Source of the DNA: Candidatus Woesearchaeota archaeon
GTDB lineage: Archaea; Nanobdellota; Nanobdellia; SCGC-AAA011-G17; JACQNH01
NCBI GenBank assembly: GCA_023246445.1
Contig: JAHFIJ010000003.1
Coordinates: forward strand, 1 to 55,840
DNA length: 55,840 nt
Direction of reading: 5' to 3'
Part shown: piece after piece, positions 1 through 9,694 of the stretch
Numbering within the stretch: position 1 is the first letter of the stretch
How the letters are laid out: every line of letters begins with the position of its first letter
Made by a program: the position numbers and the translations under genes
The notes under the pieces: generated by a model
Told to the model about the DNA's origin: nothing
What the model saw: only the letters and a program-made list of their open reading frames with translations
The model's database searches: none

Positions 1-115
1 AGGAGATGAAGATAAAATATATTACGACAAATGTGTAATAGTGCAGGGAAAAGATGAAGATGGAATGATAAGAAGTGCAGACAGATTAGTATTAAGCTTA
101 TTAGGGGTATATTAG
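1..115 (+). CDS. 3' end of hypothetical protein (partial at window edge)
   Basis: Open frame from base 2: GDEDKIYYDKCVIVQGKDEDGMIRSADRLVLSLLGVY, stop TAG at 113-115. Confidence 0.7.
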   Translation, partial: GDEDKIYYDKCVIVQGKDEDGMIRSADRLVLSLLGVY

Positions 116-124
116 AAGGAAAAA

Positions 125-829
125 ATGACTAAAGCAAAGGTATTAATTGGCTGTCCTACATATGATGGAAAGGCTTATTGTTTGGATAGGTTTCTACAGT
201 CGGTTAAAGATTTTAATTTTAAGAATTTTGAGTTTGTATTAGTGGATAATTCTAAAACTGAGGACTATTTTAATTTATTGCAAAGAAAGGGCGTAAATGT
301 AATAAGGGGAAAGGATTTAGGACACCCTGTTAAAAATGTGATTGTTAACAGAAATATATTAAGAGATTATTTTTTAGAGAAGGATTTTGATTATTTCTTT
401 AGCCTGGAGCAGGATGTTATTGCACCTAAAGATGCTGTGGACAAATTGATAGATAATAAGAAGGATATTATAAGCGGGGTTTATTATACAGTATACAGAT
501 TTAAGGGGGAGCCGGGTATTAGGCCTTTATTATGGGCTTCTGTTGAGGGAAATACTGAAGCAGTAAGATTTATGAGCACTGAAGCGAAAAAACCAGGCTT
601 ATACAGGATTAAGGCGTGTGGTTTAGGGTGCTTAATGATAGCCAGAAAAGTGCTGGAGGATATTAAATTCAGATATGTAGAGAATTCTGGTGTTTTTGAT
701 GATATATGGTTTTGTCAGGATGCTGATAAGAAGAGATATGAGATATGGGCTGATACTTCAATACAATGTGATCATGATTTAGATATAAAGGTAAAGCCTG
801 CTGAGAAGCCCAAATATCTGCAATTTTAG
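125..829 (+). CDS. Glycosyltransferase family 2 (GT-A fold)
   Basis: VLIGCPTY start, VLVDNS, SLEQD (DxD-like), GLGCLMI, FDDIWFC motifs. Confidence 0.85.
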   Translation: MTKAKVLIGCPTYDGKAYCLDRFLQSVKDFNFKNFEFVLVDNSKTEDYFNLLQRKGVNVIRGKDLGHPVKNVIVNRNILRDYFLEKDFDYFFSLEQDVIAPKDAVDKLIDNKKDIISGVYYTVYRFKGEPGIRPLLWASVEGNTEAVRFMSTEAKKPGLYRIKACGLGCLMIARKVLEDIKFRYVENSGVFDDIWFCQDADKKRYEIWADTSIQCDHDLDIKVKPAEKPKYLQF

Positions 830-873
830 ATTATAGAAATTTATTTAAAGCAGTTTTCATGAGATTTTAAGAT

Positions 874-1041
874 GCCGTGGTCGCATAATCTGGTAGTGCG
901 CTAATTTCGATTTTAACAAATCGAGAGCGTAAGCCTTGAGAGCTGGTGTCCGCAAGGACATACAGGTTCAAAAGAGTTTTCTTTAAAAAAGAAACCTTGT
1001 AAAGAAAGGTTGAAAGAACGCTGAAAGTCCTGTCCACGGCG
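874..1041 (+). tRNA. tRNA-Ser(UGA) with two non-canonical introns (904-932 at 29/30; 973-1027 at 59/60)
   Basis: Acceptor GCCGTGG/CCACGGC+G, D-stem GCAT/GTGC, spliced anticodon stem CTAGC/GCTGG with loop CT-TGA-GA, long variable arm TGTCC-GCAA-GGACA, T-stem ACAGG/CCTGT with spliced loop TTCAAAT. Confidence 0.9.
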
Positions 1042-1073
1042 CATTTATTTTCAGAAAGGATTACTATCAAAGT

Positions 1074-1790
1074 TTATTTAGTTTCTTTTTCTTTAACAAA
1101 ATTAGCTACATGCAGAAGAGTATCATGAACCCCCATATCAGACCATAAACCCTTTAATATAGTATGGTTTAATTTTCCTTCCTTAAGATAGAGGCTATTA
1201 ATATCAGTTATTTCATATTCTCCTCTTCCTGAAGGTTTTAATGTTTTAAATTTGTCTATATACGTATTATCGTAGAAATATAAACCTGTAACAGCGTAAT
1301 TTGATTTTGGTTCTTTGGGTTTTTCCTCTATTATAGATATTTTTCCATTTATAAAACCAGGACAGCCGAATCTTTGTGGATCTGGAACTTCTTTAAGGAA
1401 TATTATCGAACCAGAATTAAAATTTTTAGTATCTATGAAGTTAGAGATATTGTCTTCAAAATAATTATCTCCTAAGATAACAACAAAAGGTTCATTATTC
1501 AAAAAATCCGTTGTTAATGAAACTGCATGTGCAATACCTAAGGGCTCATCCTGGACAACATAAGTAAATCTTGCATTATACTTCTTTCCAGAACCTAGAA
1601 CATTTGCTATGTCACCAATATTATTACCCCCAGAAACAATAATAATATTTTTTATACCAATATCTAATAAAGTTTGCAATGGATATTCTATCATTAATTT
1701 TTTATAAACTAGTAAAAGATGTTTATTAGTAATTAAAGTGGCTGGCAATAATCTAGTCCCCATCCCCCCTGCTAAAATAACACCTCGCAT
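1074..1790 (-). CDS. Sugar-1-phosphate nucleotidyltransferase (glucose-1-phosphate thymidylyltransferase RmlA/SpsI-like)
   Basis: GVILAGGMGTRL, QDEPLGIAHA, LGDN, EEKP, SGRGEYEITD motifs. Confidence 0.9.
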   Translation of the reverse strand: MRGVILAGGMGTRLLPATLITNKHLLLVYKKLMIEYPLQTLLDIGIKNIIIVSGGNNIGDIANVLGSGKKYNARFTYVVQDEPLGIAHAVSLTTDFLNNEPFVVILGDNYFEDNISNFIDTKNFNSGSIIFLKEVPDPQRFGCPGFINGKISIIEEKPKEPKSNYAVTGLYFYDNTYIDKFKTLKPSGRGEYEITDINSLYLKEGKLNHTILKGLWSDMGVHDTLLHVANFVKEKETK

Positions 1791-1985
1791 AAAAATAATT
1801 TTGCTTAAAATTGCTTTTAAAGGTTATTAATGATGAGTAGAGATTCTTAAAATATTTTAAAACTGTTGTTAGTAGGATTAAATAGTAGGTTATTCCATAT
1901 TAAAATTTCAGTACAGCACCAATTAAGTTATTAAAAACAGAAAGGTTTATAAATAAGTATATCTTATTATAAGAAAGTAAGAAAC

Positions 1986-2270
1986 ATGGGGGGAAATAAA
2001 ATGCATGTTGAAATGATAAAAATGTCCTCGAGGGGGCAGATAGTAATACCTCAAGATATCAGGGCGGAAATATGCGCTTCAGAAGGAACTATGTTCGCAG
2101 TAGTCAGTGGAAAAGACAGTATAGTTCTGAAGAAAGTTGAAATACCTTCTAAAGAAGATTTAATCTGCGAGCTTAAAGAAATAGCTAAAGAAGGAAAGAA
2201 AAGACTTGAAGCAAAAGGTATCAAAGAGACAGACATATCCGATATAGTAGAGAAGTCAAGAAAAAAATGA
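1986..2270 (+). CDS. AbrB/MazE-family antitoxin
   Basis: KMSSRGQIVIPQDIR signature; ATGA overlap with PIN gene. Confidence 0.85.
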   Translation: MGGNKMHVEMIKMSSRGQIVIPQDIRAEICASEGTMFAVVSGKDSIVLKKVEIPSKEDLICELKEIAKEGKKRLEAKGIKETDISDIVEKSRKK

Positions 2271-2488
2271 TAACAAAAGTTGTATTTGATACAAATGTGC
2301 TAATATCTGCTACTTTATGGAATAATAGTGCAGCTCAGAAATTTTTATTTAGATGCATAAAAGAAAATATTCAAATCTTCTCATCCCAAGAAATAATTGA
2401 AGAATACAAAAAGATTTTAGCAAGAGATTTTGATTATAAGGAGCAGGAAGTTGAAAGAATATCAATGCATAAAAATAGTTCGTCCTGA
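2267..2488 (+). pseudogene. Truncated PIN-domain (VapC-like) toxin
   Basis: VVFDTNVLISA...EIIEEY N-half only; 73 aa, lacks C-terminal acidic catalytic motifs. Confidence 0.75.
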
Positions 2489-2606
2489 AGATCTTTGAGA
2501 GAGCAGTAGTTAAGATTCTATTTTGACATTACAAATTTTAAACAAAATTATTAATTTTTGCTAGTTAGAAGGAGAAAAAGTTATTACTTATTATCTACTG
2601 TCAAAC

Positions 2607-2912
2607 TCAGGCAGAAGCCAATAAATGTTCCAGCATATTTGATTGGACAACTGATTTTGAAGCATCGAAAGAGACTACTGCCCCATTAGAATCTTGTAAA
2701 GATAATAATTGAACAGTTGTCAAACCATTATCTGGATTGCTCAAATAATCATCAGCAAATTCTCTTGCCCTGTTCATTGCTTCTTGGTGGGCAACTTGAG
2801 GACTATCTGCTAAAAGAGTTTCGGTCCTTTCCACATTACCAGGATATTTAACTCCATAACCTGGAGAAACTCCACAATCAATTCTGAAAGTTGCTCGATA
2901 TTCCATTTTCAA
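2607..2912 (-). CDS. Hypothetical protein
   Basis: 101-aa ORF with protein-like composition; likely start MEYRATF. Confidence 0.6.
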   Translation of the reverse strand: MKMEYRATFRIDCGVSPGYGVKYPGNVERTETLLADSPQVAHQEAMNRAREFADDYLSNPDNGLTTVQLLSLQDSNGAVVSFDASKSVVQSNMLEHLLASA

Positions 2913-3059
2913 AATAAGAAAATGTGCTAGAATTTAAAAAGATTGTTGTGCTGGAGTTGAAAGTACGCCACTAAAATTAGAAACTGAAATTTACCACAGT
3001 ATTCAGAAATATTAAGAAAAAATTAAATAAAAAAGAAAAAAAAGAAAGGCTTAATGCCT

Positions 3060-5846
3060 TTATTCTACACTTGAGACTTCTTCAGTTGTTCCTTTAACAA
3101 CTACTTCTGTCTTTCCAGCTAATTTTGACTTGTATTGTTTAGCGTTTGCTAATACTACTGCAGCTCTCTTTGTGTCGTCTGCACCTGTACCGGCTACAAG
3201 TACTGCTACTTTATTTCCATTTTCAGCTAGCTTGATAATTCCTTCACCTGGCTTTAAGCTCCAACCAGAGCATGTTAAGCCAAATACGTCAGGAACTACT
3301 GAGTTAGCACATGGACCCCCAACAACAATTAAGTTATTGGCTTTTGCAACACCTGATACTTCACTAGCTGTCTTTGTCGAAGGAGTAATATCCTGTACTG
3401 TACAAGATGTTCCTGTTGATGTTGAAGAAACTGCAACAGAACCCATTGTAACATATACTTGAGCTCCTCTTTCAGCTAATGGGTACTCTACCAACAATGT
3501 CTCAGCTTCTGTTGTACCTGATGGCTCATACAAGTCGATTTTTGCACCATAATCAGTCATAGCTAAATGATGGTCTTCATCGTCATCTGGTTCATTAAGC
3601 ACAAGTCTTTGCGTAACTCTTTTAGCAAAATCTTGAATAATACCTGTAGCTGAAGTTCCATTATCTACATAATAGACATCGGCTTTTGGTATACCTAATT
3701 CATTATTGGTTCTGGTTACAATACTAAATACCAAGATTTCATCCCCACCATTATTTAGAGGGCCGTTCTCATCAAATTCAGAGTTTACTGTAACCAATGT
3801 AAGGTTATTAGTTCCTGTATGGTTACTGATTGTTAAACCCCCTTGGATTTGAGCATTTGTTCCTCTCGCTGCTCTTGGATCCACACCGTGCGATTGTGTG
3901 TGATTACCTAAGTCTAATACAGCCCCGCCTCTTACTGTTACTTTAACTTCTTGCAAATTAGAAGTAGCAAGAGGGAAACCCCCAGTTGCTTGGCTAGAAA
4001 ATTCTGTACCTGATGTAAGAATACTTACACTAGCAGAAGTACCAATTGTACCATCACCATTCTGGTCTACAGCTAAAGCATAGTTTGTAGAGGCATTGTT
4101 GTTGATATATGCCTGATAGGTATTCCCCCCAAATAATAGGTTTGCCTTACCAATTGTTACAGTTGAATTGCCTATGCCTGATGTTGAGTAGGTAAACTCT
4201 CTTGTTCCTGTTGCTAAGTCATCTACTGTTACCTGGTTATTTGATGTGTCAATAGATGTATAACGGACAACATGGGAAACAGCGGTTTCATCTGTTGCAT
4301 TTGCAGCATCTTGCTTAGATAATACAAAGTAGTCATTTGTTTCAATATTGAAGAAAAGATTACTTGCATTAACGCTAGCGCTTGTATTTATGTAACCTTC
4401 ACTAAACACAAGATCATCGTCATCGTCACCAAACTTGAAGATTCCACCTTGATTGGTTATATAAGGCACTCTGTATAGTTGACCTATTTGGTTTGTGAAT
4501 TCTAATGTATAGGCATCGTCACCCTTAGGATCTAATTTAATTACAGAAACACCTGTGTCATCCAGACCTTCATACCTTACGTCCCAGTTTTGACCTAGTA
4601 GTCCTTGAGGTTCATCTAAGAACTCACGAACACCATGTCCTGGCGGAACATAGATATTTGTTAAACCTGGCAAAGAGTCAGCAACAAGCCTGTATTTGAT
4701 ACTAGTTATTTCAGCTTCTGTTGAAGATAACTCAGTTAGATCAATTTCAACCCATGCATCTTCTAATGGTTCATTATCAATTTTAACTCTACTTTCGAAG
4801 TTAGAGTCTATATATTCCTTATCTTCTATTTCAAGCTTATTAGCTCCAATATAGAATTCTACAATGTCGCCGCCACCAGCTTCTCCAGCCTCATTTGAAA
4901 TTACTTCTGAAACACCTAAAAGTGTTCCGTCACTTAATGTAGCAACCTCTCCATCATCAAGTTCTTTGGTTTGTTCACCATTAACCTTGAAGACAACTGT
5001 TTCTGGTGATTGGTCTGTGATAACTACTACCTGGACATCATAGGTCTTTCCTTTTATTGTGTAGGATTTCTTTTCTCCTTCTTCCAAGACATCATAAACT
5101 GCTCCACCTAACAATACTAGTTTAACTTCGTTGTTAGTTGTATCAATCTTTGTGTCTACAAATACATAGGTTTGCCCTAAAATTACTAGGCTTTCATCAT
5201 CCATGTCTGCTAATTTAGAAGATGAGATTGTAGATTCTAGACCTTCTTCAAATTGTAATTCATATTCAAAGAATGCGTCTGTGGCATTTGTTCCACCAAC
5301 CTGGAAAACCAAAAAGTCTCCAACTTTCTCTACTGGCTCATCATTTTCAGTAAAGTTTACTAGTGGTGGATTTGAAATTGATAAAGTGGAGGAGTTAAAC
5401 CTTAAATATTGATTATATTCTGTTCTTCCTTCATTTGTTGTTACTGAGCCACCTCTTAAACCATCTAAATCAAATTCACTTAGTGTTTCTCTTACATCTC
5501 CAATACCCTCTTTTAATTCTAATAGGTCTGAATTTGTAGATATGGCTGCTGCATCGCCTACAACATTAACGGTTCCTTTACCACCGGCGGTACAAACCTT
5601 ACTTTCAAATTGCAGGTTTGCTGCGATGTCTAAAGCACCAAATGTGTCTGGCCCTTTTGCCTCATCACCTAAAACAAAAACATTTGATGGATCATATACT
5701 CCGCCTTTTACAAAAGGGGATGGATACTCTCCAAGATCTAATGCTAGTGCACTAGTCATTGTAGCTCCAAGCATAGTCACTGCTGTGCTTATTGCCAATA
5801 CTTTCTTCATAGCTTTTTTAGCTTTTAATACGAATGTTTCTTGCAT
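3060..5846 (-). CDS. S-layer protein (MJ0822-like N/C-terminal domains)
   Basis: Signal peptide KKVLAISTAVTMLGATMTSALA then DLGEYPSPFV; C-terminal LIVVGGPCANS...VLVAGTGADDT; acidic and rich in N-x-S/T; GGAGGTG RBS. Confidence 0.85.
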   Translation of the reverse strand: MQETFVLKAKKAMKKVLAISTAVTMLGATMTSALALDLGEYPSPFVKGGVYDPSNVFVLGDEAKGPDTFGALDIAANLQFESKVCTAGGKGTVNVVGDAAAISTNSDLLELKEGIGDVRETLSEFDLDGLRGGSVTTNEGRTEYNQYLRFNSSTLSISNPPLVNFTENDEPVEKVGDFLVFQVGGTNATDAFFEYELQFEEGLESTISSSKLADMDDESLVILGQTYVFVDTKIDTTNNEVKLVLLGGAVYDVLEEGEKKSYTIKGKTYDVQVVVITDQSPETVVFKVNGEQTKELDDGEVATLSDGTLLGVSEVISNEAGEAGGGDIVEFYIGANKLEIEDKEYIDSNFESRVKIDNEPLEDAWVEIDLTELSSTEAEITSIKYRLVADSLPGLTNIYVPPGHGVREFLDEPQGLLGQNWDVRYEGLDDTGVSVIKLDPKGDDAYTLEFTNQIGQLYRVPYITNQGGIFKFGDDDDDLVFSEGYINTSASVNASNLFFNIETNDYFVLSKQDAANATDETAVSHVVRYTSIDTSNNQVTVDDLATGTREFTYSTSGIGNSTVTIGKANLLFGGNTYQAYINNNASTNYALAVDQNGDGTIGTSASVSILTSGTEFSSQATGGFPLATSNLQEVKVTVRGGAVLDLGNHTQSHGVDPRAARGTNAQIQGGLTISNHTGTNNLTLVTVNSEFDENGPLNNGGDEILVFSIVTRTNNELGIPKADVYYVDNGTSATGIIQDFAKRVTQRLVLNEPDDDEDHHLAMTDYGAKIDLYEPSGTTEAETLLVEYPLAERGAQVYVTMGSVAVSSTSTGTSCTVQDITPSTKTASEVSGVAKANNLIVVGGPCANSVVPDVFGLTCSGWSLKPGEGIIKLAENGNKVAVLVAGTGADDTKRAAVVLANAKQYKSKLAGKTEVVVKGTTEEVSSVE

Positions 5847-6150
5847 ATCGAAACACCTCCGTTTGAATTTTTGCTGAATATCAGCGTATTATCTACCTCT
5901 TTTTGAAGCATTTATTTTATGCTACTTGATAGACTTGCTAATATTGTAAGAGATGCGTTTATAAATATTTTGGTAATAAAATAGATAGTATAATTTGAAA
6001 ATGTGTTTAAAACGTAGTTATAAGGCTTATAGACTAAATTTTTTAAAAAAAAGTGCGTATAAATATGTTTGTTAATCAAAAGTCTGTATGATAGGTTCAG
6101 TAAAGCAAATAATCCTGGGTTTATTTGAGATTTAATTAAAGTTTTCATTT

Positions 6151-6774
6151 TTATTGATTGCATAGGGCTAATTTGAGAGAGATTCCTGAGATTTGAGTTT
6201 GAATATTCCTGGAACTTGTAATTATATCGCCTTTGCATTCTCCGAACTCCAAAACATCTTTATTTTCTTCTTTAATTGAGATTTTAAATGTTTCTTTTGG
6301 CTTTAATAGTAATTTTAACATTTTTTCTGTTTCTTCCCTGACTAATTCGCAGGCGTTTTTATTACATGCGTTTAGCGATTGAGAGCATAATTTAACTGCT
6401 TCTTCCAGGTTAATTTCCGTGCAAAGCGTAACTTTAGAGATTATGTTTAACATTGAAGTAGATTTAGAGACATCCTTTACAGTAGGCAAAGAAGGGTTTT
6501 TATAGGATAATGTAACAAAGGTTAAGACCCCAAAGACAAGTAAGATTATTATGATAAGAAGACCTATTATCTCCTGTTGAGCAACCTTTCTTTTAGGAAA
6601 AGAAACGTTGGCGAAAGAAAACGGTGTTTGAATCTTTCTTTTAGGAAAAGAAACGTTGGCGAAAGAAAACGGTGTTTGAATCTTTCTTTTAGGAAAAGAA
6701 ACGTTGGCGAAAGAAAACTGTGTTTGAATCTTTCTTTTAGGAAAATTTAAAGGATTTTGAATTGTTTTCTTCAT
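6151..6774 (-). CDS. Class III signal-peptide (pilin-like) protein with repeat-expanded leader
   Basis: KRKVAQ/QEIIGLLIIIILLVFG; Cys-containing C-domain. Confidence 0.75.
   Translation of the reverse strand: MKKTIQNPLNFPKRKIQTQFSFANVSFPKRKIQTPFSFANVSFPKRKIQTPFSFANVSFPKRKVAQQEIIGLLIIIILLVFGVLTFVTLSYKNPSLPTVKDVSKSTSMLNIISKVTLCTEINLEEAVKLCSQSLNACNKNACELVREETEKMLKLLLKPKETFKISIKEENKDVLEFGECKGDIITSSRNIQTQISGISLKLALCNQ
6586..6745. repeat. 48-bp tandem repeat, about 3.3 copies, in frame (FPKRKIQTPFSFANVS)
   Basis: Unit CTTTCTTTTAGGAAAAGAAACGTTGGCGAAAGAAAACGGTGTTTGAAT starting at 6586, 6634, 6682, partial at 6730. Confidence 0.95.
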
Positions 6775-7368
6775 TTAATCTACCTCCATTATTAATGAGC
6801 CTAGAGCATAAATATTTTTATTTGGGTAATATAATAGAACAGGATTTGAGATTATTGATCTTCTTTCTTTTAGATTTAAATCTTTTATTGTGAAATATAG
6901 GCAATTATCCGGGAAATCTGGTGAATTAAAATCTTGTAAGACACATTCTTTTGTAGATGTTTTTATTGGATATAATTGTTTAACCGTAATTCTTGCTTTT
7001 GGCAAAGTAACTGATTTTGATAATTCTGAACTCTTGAATAAAAGCAGTTTAGTAGCATCCAGGCAGATTTCTTTAGAGGCTCTGAAGCTACACTGAAATT
7101 CGGGCATATTTGGAATTGAAACTAGGTAAACCCCTAATCTTTCATTTATCAAATTTTGTGTTGAGGATTTAATGTCTGAGAATTGAAACTGATAATAATA
7201 GTAGATGCCAACTGACAATATAATTAAAAATACAAAGAGGACTGCTATTAATTCCATTGATTGAGTTTGAGCAACCTTTCTTTTTAGAAAAGAAAAGTTT
7301 GAAGAGCTGTGTTGAGCTTTATTATTCAATCCTTTATACCGAATAGAGCCTTTAGTAGAGAGAAACAC
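6775..7368 (-). CDS. Class III signal-peptide (pilin-like) protein
   Basis: KRKVAQTQSMELIAVLFVFLIILSVG; PEFQC...CLD motif. Confidence 0.75.
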   Translation of the reverse strand: MFLSTKGSIRYKGLNNKAQHSSSNFSFLKRKVAQTQSMELIAVLFVFLIILSVGIYYYYQFQFSDIKSSTQNLINERLGVYLVSIPNMPEFQCSFRASKEICLDATKLLLFKSSELSKSVTLPKARITVKQLYPIKTSTKECVLQDFNSPDFPDNCLYFTIKDLNLKERRSIISNPVLLYYPNKNIYALGSLIMEVD

Positions 7369-8344
7369 AGTTACCTCCTGCTAACATGTTGTTTACCTGT
7401 TCCAGAGAATTATAAAATAATCTTAATGATTCTAATGTGGAAGTATCTAATGCATTTAATATTGAAGATGCCTGAGGATAAGGGCAAGAGGCAAAAGAAG
7501 AGAGTAATAAACTGGCTTTCTGATTGTAAAGCTTTGATAATAGTTTTAATTTTTTTAATAATAATTCCTTAGAGCATTCATAAGTCTCCTGTGATTCTGA
7601 GAATATAGCTGCATATAATAATGGCAAAGAGAAGAAATTTGAATCTTTTGATGAGGTTTTTGAGATAAACTTTAAGCTGCCCTGACCATCCTGATAATCT
7701 ACTGATAATATGTCTAAATCGGGGAGCTTTTGTGATATTTTTGTTATATCCTGCTGGGAGAGTTTTGTAAATAAAACTAATCTGGTTATCTGCTGTTTTG
7801 CAAGATCATTAAGGTTAGACAGTAAATTTTGCCTGGATATCAACTGAAAATTAAATATTGATGGCAATTTAACACGGATATCACTTTTAAATGATTCAAC
7901 TAAATTCTTAGTGCTATCATCAAATACAAACAAGTATCTTTTGGAATTTTCTGAAATAATAAATATATTTGTTATTTTAAATGGGAATAAAACGGATTTT
8001 GAGTAGACTGCCAACTGCTTTGAGTTAAGTTTCTTTGGCGAGAAAACTATGGAATTTAATTTTGCAGGCTTGGAATTTTCAACTACTAAATTGCCGCAGG
8101 ATATTTCATAATTCATTTTTAACGGGTTTTTAGTCATTTCCTGGTTATAGATATCTTCTGCTGCAGACAATAATAACAATGTTTCATCAAAATAAAATGC
8201 TGCTTCCTGCGAGGATTTTGATTTTTCAATTTTAAGATGGCCTTGTGCAAACCATAATATAAAGATTAATATTAAAGATCCTGCTATTATGGCAAATAGA
8301 TAAGTAAATGGCTGTGAAACATCACCTTTTTTGTTTAATAACAT
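7352..8344 (-). CDS. Class III signal-peptide membrane-anchored protein
   Basis: NKKG/DVSQPFTYLFAIIAGSLILIFILWF. Confidence 0.75.
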   Translation of the reverse strand: MLLNKKGDVSQPFTYLFAIIAGSLILIFILWFAQGHLKIEKSKSSQEAAFYFDETLLLLSAAEDIYNQEMTKNPLKMNYEISCGNLVVENSKPAKLNSIVFSPKKLNSKQLAVYSKSVLFPFKITNIFIISENSKRYLFVFDDSTKNLVESFKSDIRVKLPSIFNFQLISRQNLLSNLNDLAKQQITRLVLFTKLSQQDITKISQKLPDLDILSVDYQDGQGSLKFISKTSSKDSNFFSLPLLYAAIFSESQETYECSKELLLKKLKLLSKLYNQKASLLLSSFASCPYPQASSILNALDTSTLESLRLFYNSLEQVNNMLAGGNCVSLY

Positions 8345-8380
8345 TTTACCTCTCCTTTAGAATATAAGAAAATTGTGTTT

Positions 8381-8884
8381 TTAATTGTTTTGTATTGGGG
8401 TTATTTCAACATAGACTTTATCTTCTGTTGCTTTTGTTTCTAATGTGAATGATAAGGAACCTTTAGTTGCAATACATAAAGGGTTTATTGAAGGTTCTAA
8501 ATTTTTAACTAAGAATCTTGTTGCTTTAAATGAGGTTAATGGGAGAAAATAAAGGTTGTAATTAGAGTTTTGGATTAAAGGCTTTAAAGATTGATCTGGC
8601 AATTGCCCTGTTATTGGGGATTTAGATTTAACAAAGCAGGCATAATTTACCTTATTTGAGACCCTAATGGAGCTATCAAATTTAAATTGTTTTTTTGATC
8701 CTGGCTCTAAAGTATAGTAAAAATCTACTTTTTCCCTTAGGCTTTCAACTGCTTTTGCCAGCGCTGCTTCATCCACTGTCTTTGTTAGCTTTTGAATTGC
8801 AGAGAAACCAAATGCTAATATTAAAGCTGCGGCTATAATACCAAAAAGATAAATAAATGGCAATGAAAATAATTGTCCTTTCAT
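8381..8884 (-). CDS. Class III signal-peptide (pilin-like) protein
   Basis: MKG/QLFSLPFIYLFGIIAAALILAFG. Confidence 0.75.
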   Translation of the reverse strand: MKGQLFSLPFIYLFGIIAAALILAFGFSAIQKLTKTVDEAALAKAVESLREKVDFYYTLEPGSKKQFKFDSSIRVSNKVNYACFVKSKSPITGQLPDQSLKPLIQNSNYNLYFLPLTSFKATRFLVKNLEPSINPLCIATKGSLSFTLETKATEDKVYVEITPIQNN

Positions 8885-9079
8885 AAGTATGGTTTAGATT
8901 AAGAGTTTATATTTATTATGGAAAATCTTTAAAACAAATTAATTTAATACATAGAAATTTCTTTAGTTGTTTTTTAATTCCATAATTTTAACATAGAGTG
9001 AAATTTGATATCAATTTTGAAAGCTAATCTATTTTTAGTAGAAATAAAAGGTATTGTGAAAATAGAAGTTTGGTGGCAT

Positions 9080-9694
9080 TCATTCAAAAGTGCAGATTTC
9101 TTTCATTGTGTAATCTACTTTTTCTTTATTTAAAAATTCAATTAATTTTAACTGGTTTTCTTTTGGGATTATGAGAATATTAGAACTTAACTTACTTCCA
9201 TTAACATCTTTAATTAAACCATGCTCTTTATAGCCTCTTTCTTTTCTTCCATATAAAAACCTAATTAAATGAAGATATTTCTTTTTGTCTTTTGGTAACT
9301 GGAAAATAAACAAAACCTTACGTTCTGCTGATTCAAATTCTATCTTTTTTGAATATAAAAGCAAACCTTCTGAGTAAATACTTGTTTTTAACTGCCATTC
9401 TTTTATATTACCAACCTGAACTGAAATTGGATAAGTAAATTTCAATAACTGCCATTTTTCATAATCTTTAGATCTGTAAAATCTTGATAAGGCTGATTTT
9501 ACAATGTTTTCCACTTCTCTTTCATTTTTACAATCAATAAAAAGGTCTATATCGCTGTCTTTTGTTAAATCCCCCCTGACTGCTGAGCCAAATAGGTGAA
9601 TGCTGTTAATATGGCTGTCAATATTCGGGTCTAAAAAAATAAAGCTTATAGCATTTTGCATATAAGCTATAGATTTTAATGTTTGCTTATTCAA
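9080..9694 (-). CDS. Minimal nucleotidyltransferase (MNT) with C-terminal extra domain
   Basis: LFGSAVRG...SDIDLFI motif. Confidence 0.85.
   Translation of the reverse strand: MNKQTLKSIAYMQNAISFIFLDPNIDSHINSIHLFGSAVRGDLTKDSDIDLFIDCKNEREVENIVKSALSRFYRSKDYEKWQLLKFTYPISVQVGNIKEWQLKTSIYSEGLLLYSKKIEFESAERKVLFIFQLPKDKKKYLHLIRFLYGRKERGYKEHGLIKDVNGSKLSSNILIIPKENQLKLIEFLNKEKVDYTMKEICTFE

Noticed and set aside
867-1070. 67-aa minus-strand ORF
   Set aside because: Antisense to the tRNA-Ser gene.
1903-2992. Mobile element bounded by AAATTTCAGT/ACTGAAATTT, and ACGCCACTAAAA motif shared by 2965 and 41426
   Set aside because: Matches are 10-12 nt in AT-rich DNA with no target duplication or transposase; possibly IS ends but not supportable.
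5912-6238. 108-aa ORF upstream of the S-layer gene
   Set aside because: Overlaps a real gene in another frame, AT-rich promoter-like sequence, no recognisable motifs.
6586-6745. CRISPR array
   Set aside because: Units are contiguous near-identical 48-mers with no unique spacers, in frame in a CDS; no cas genes.
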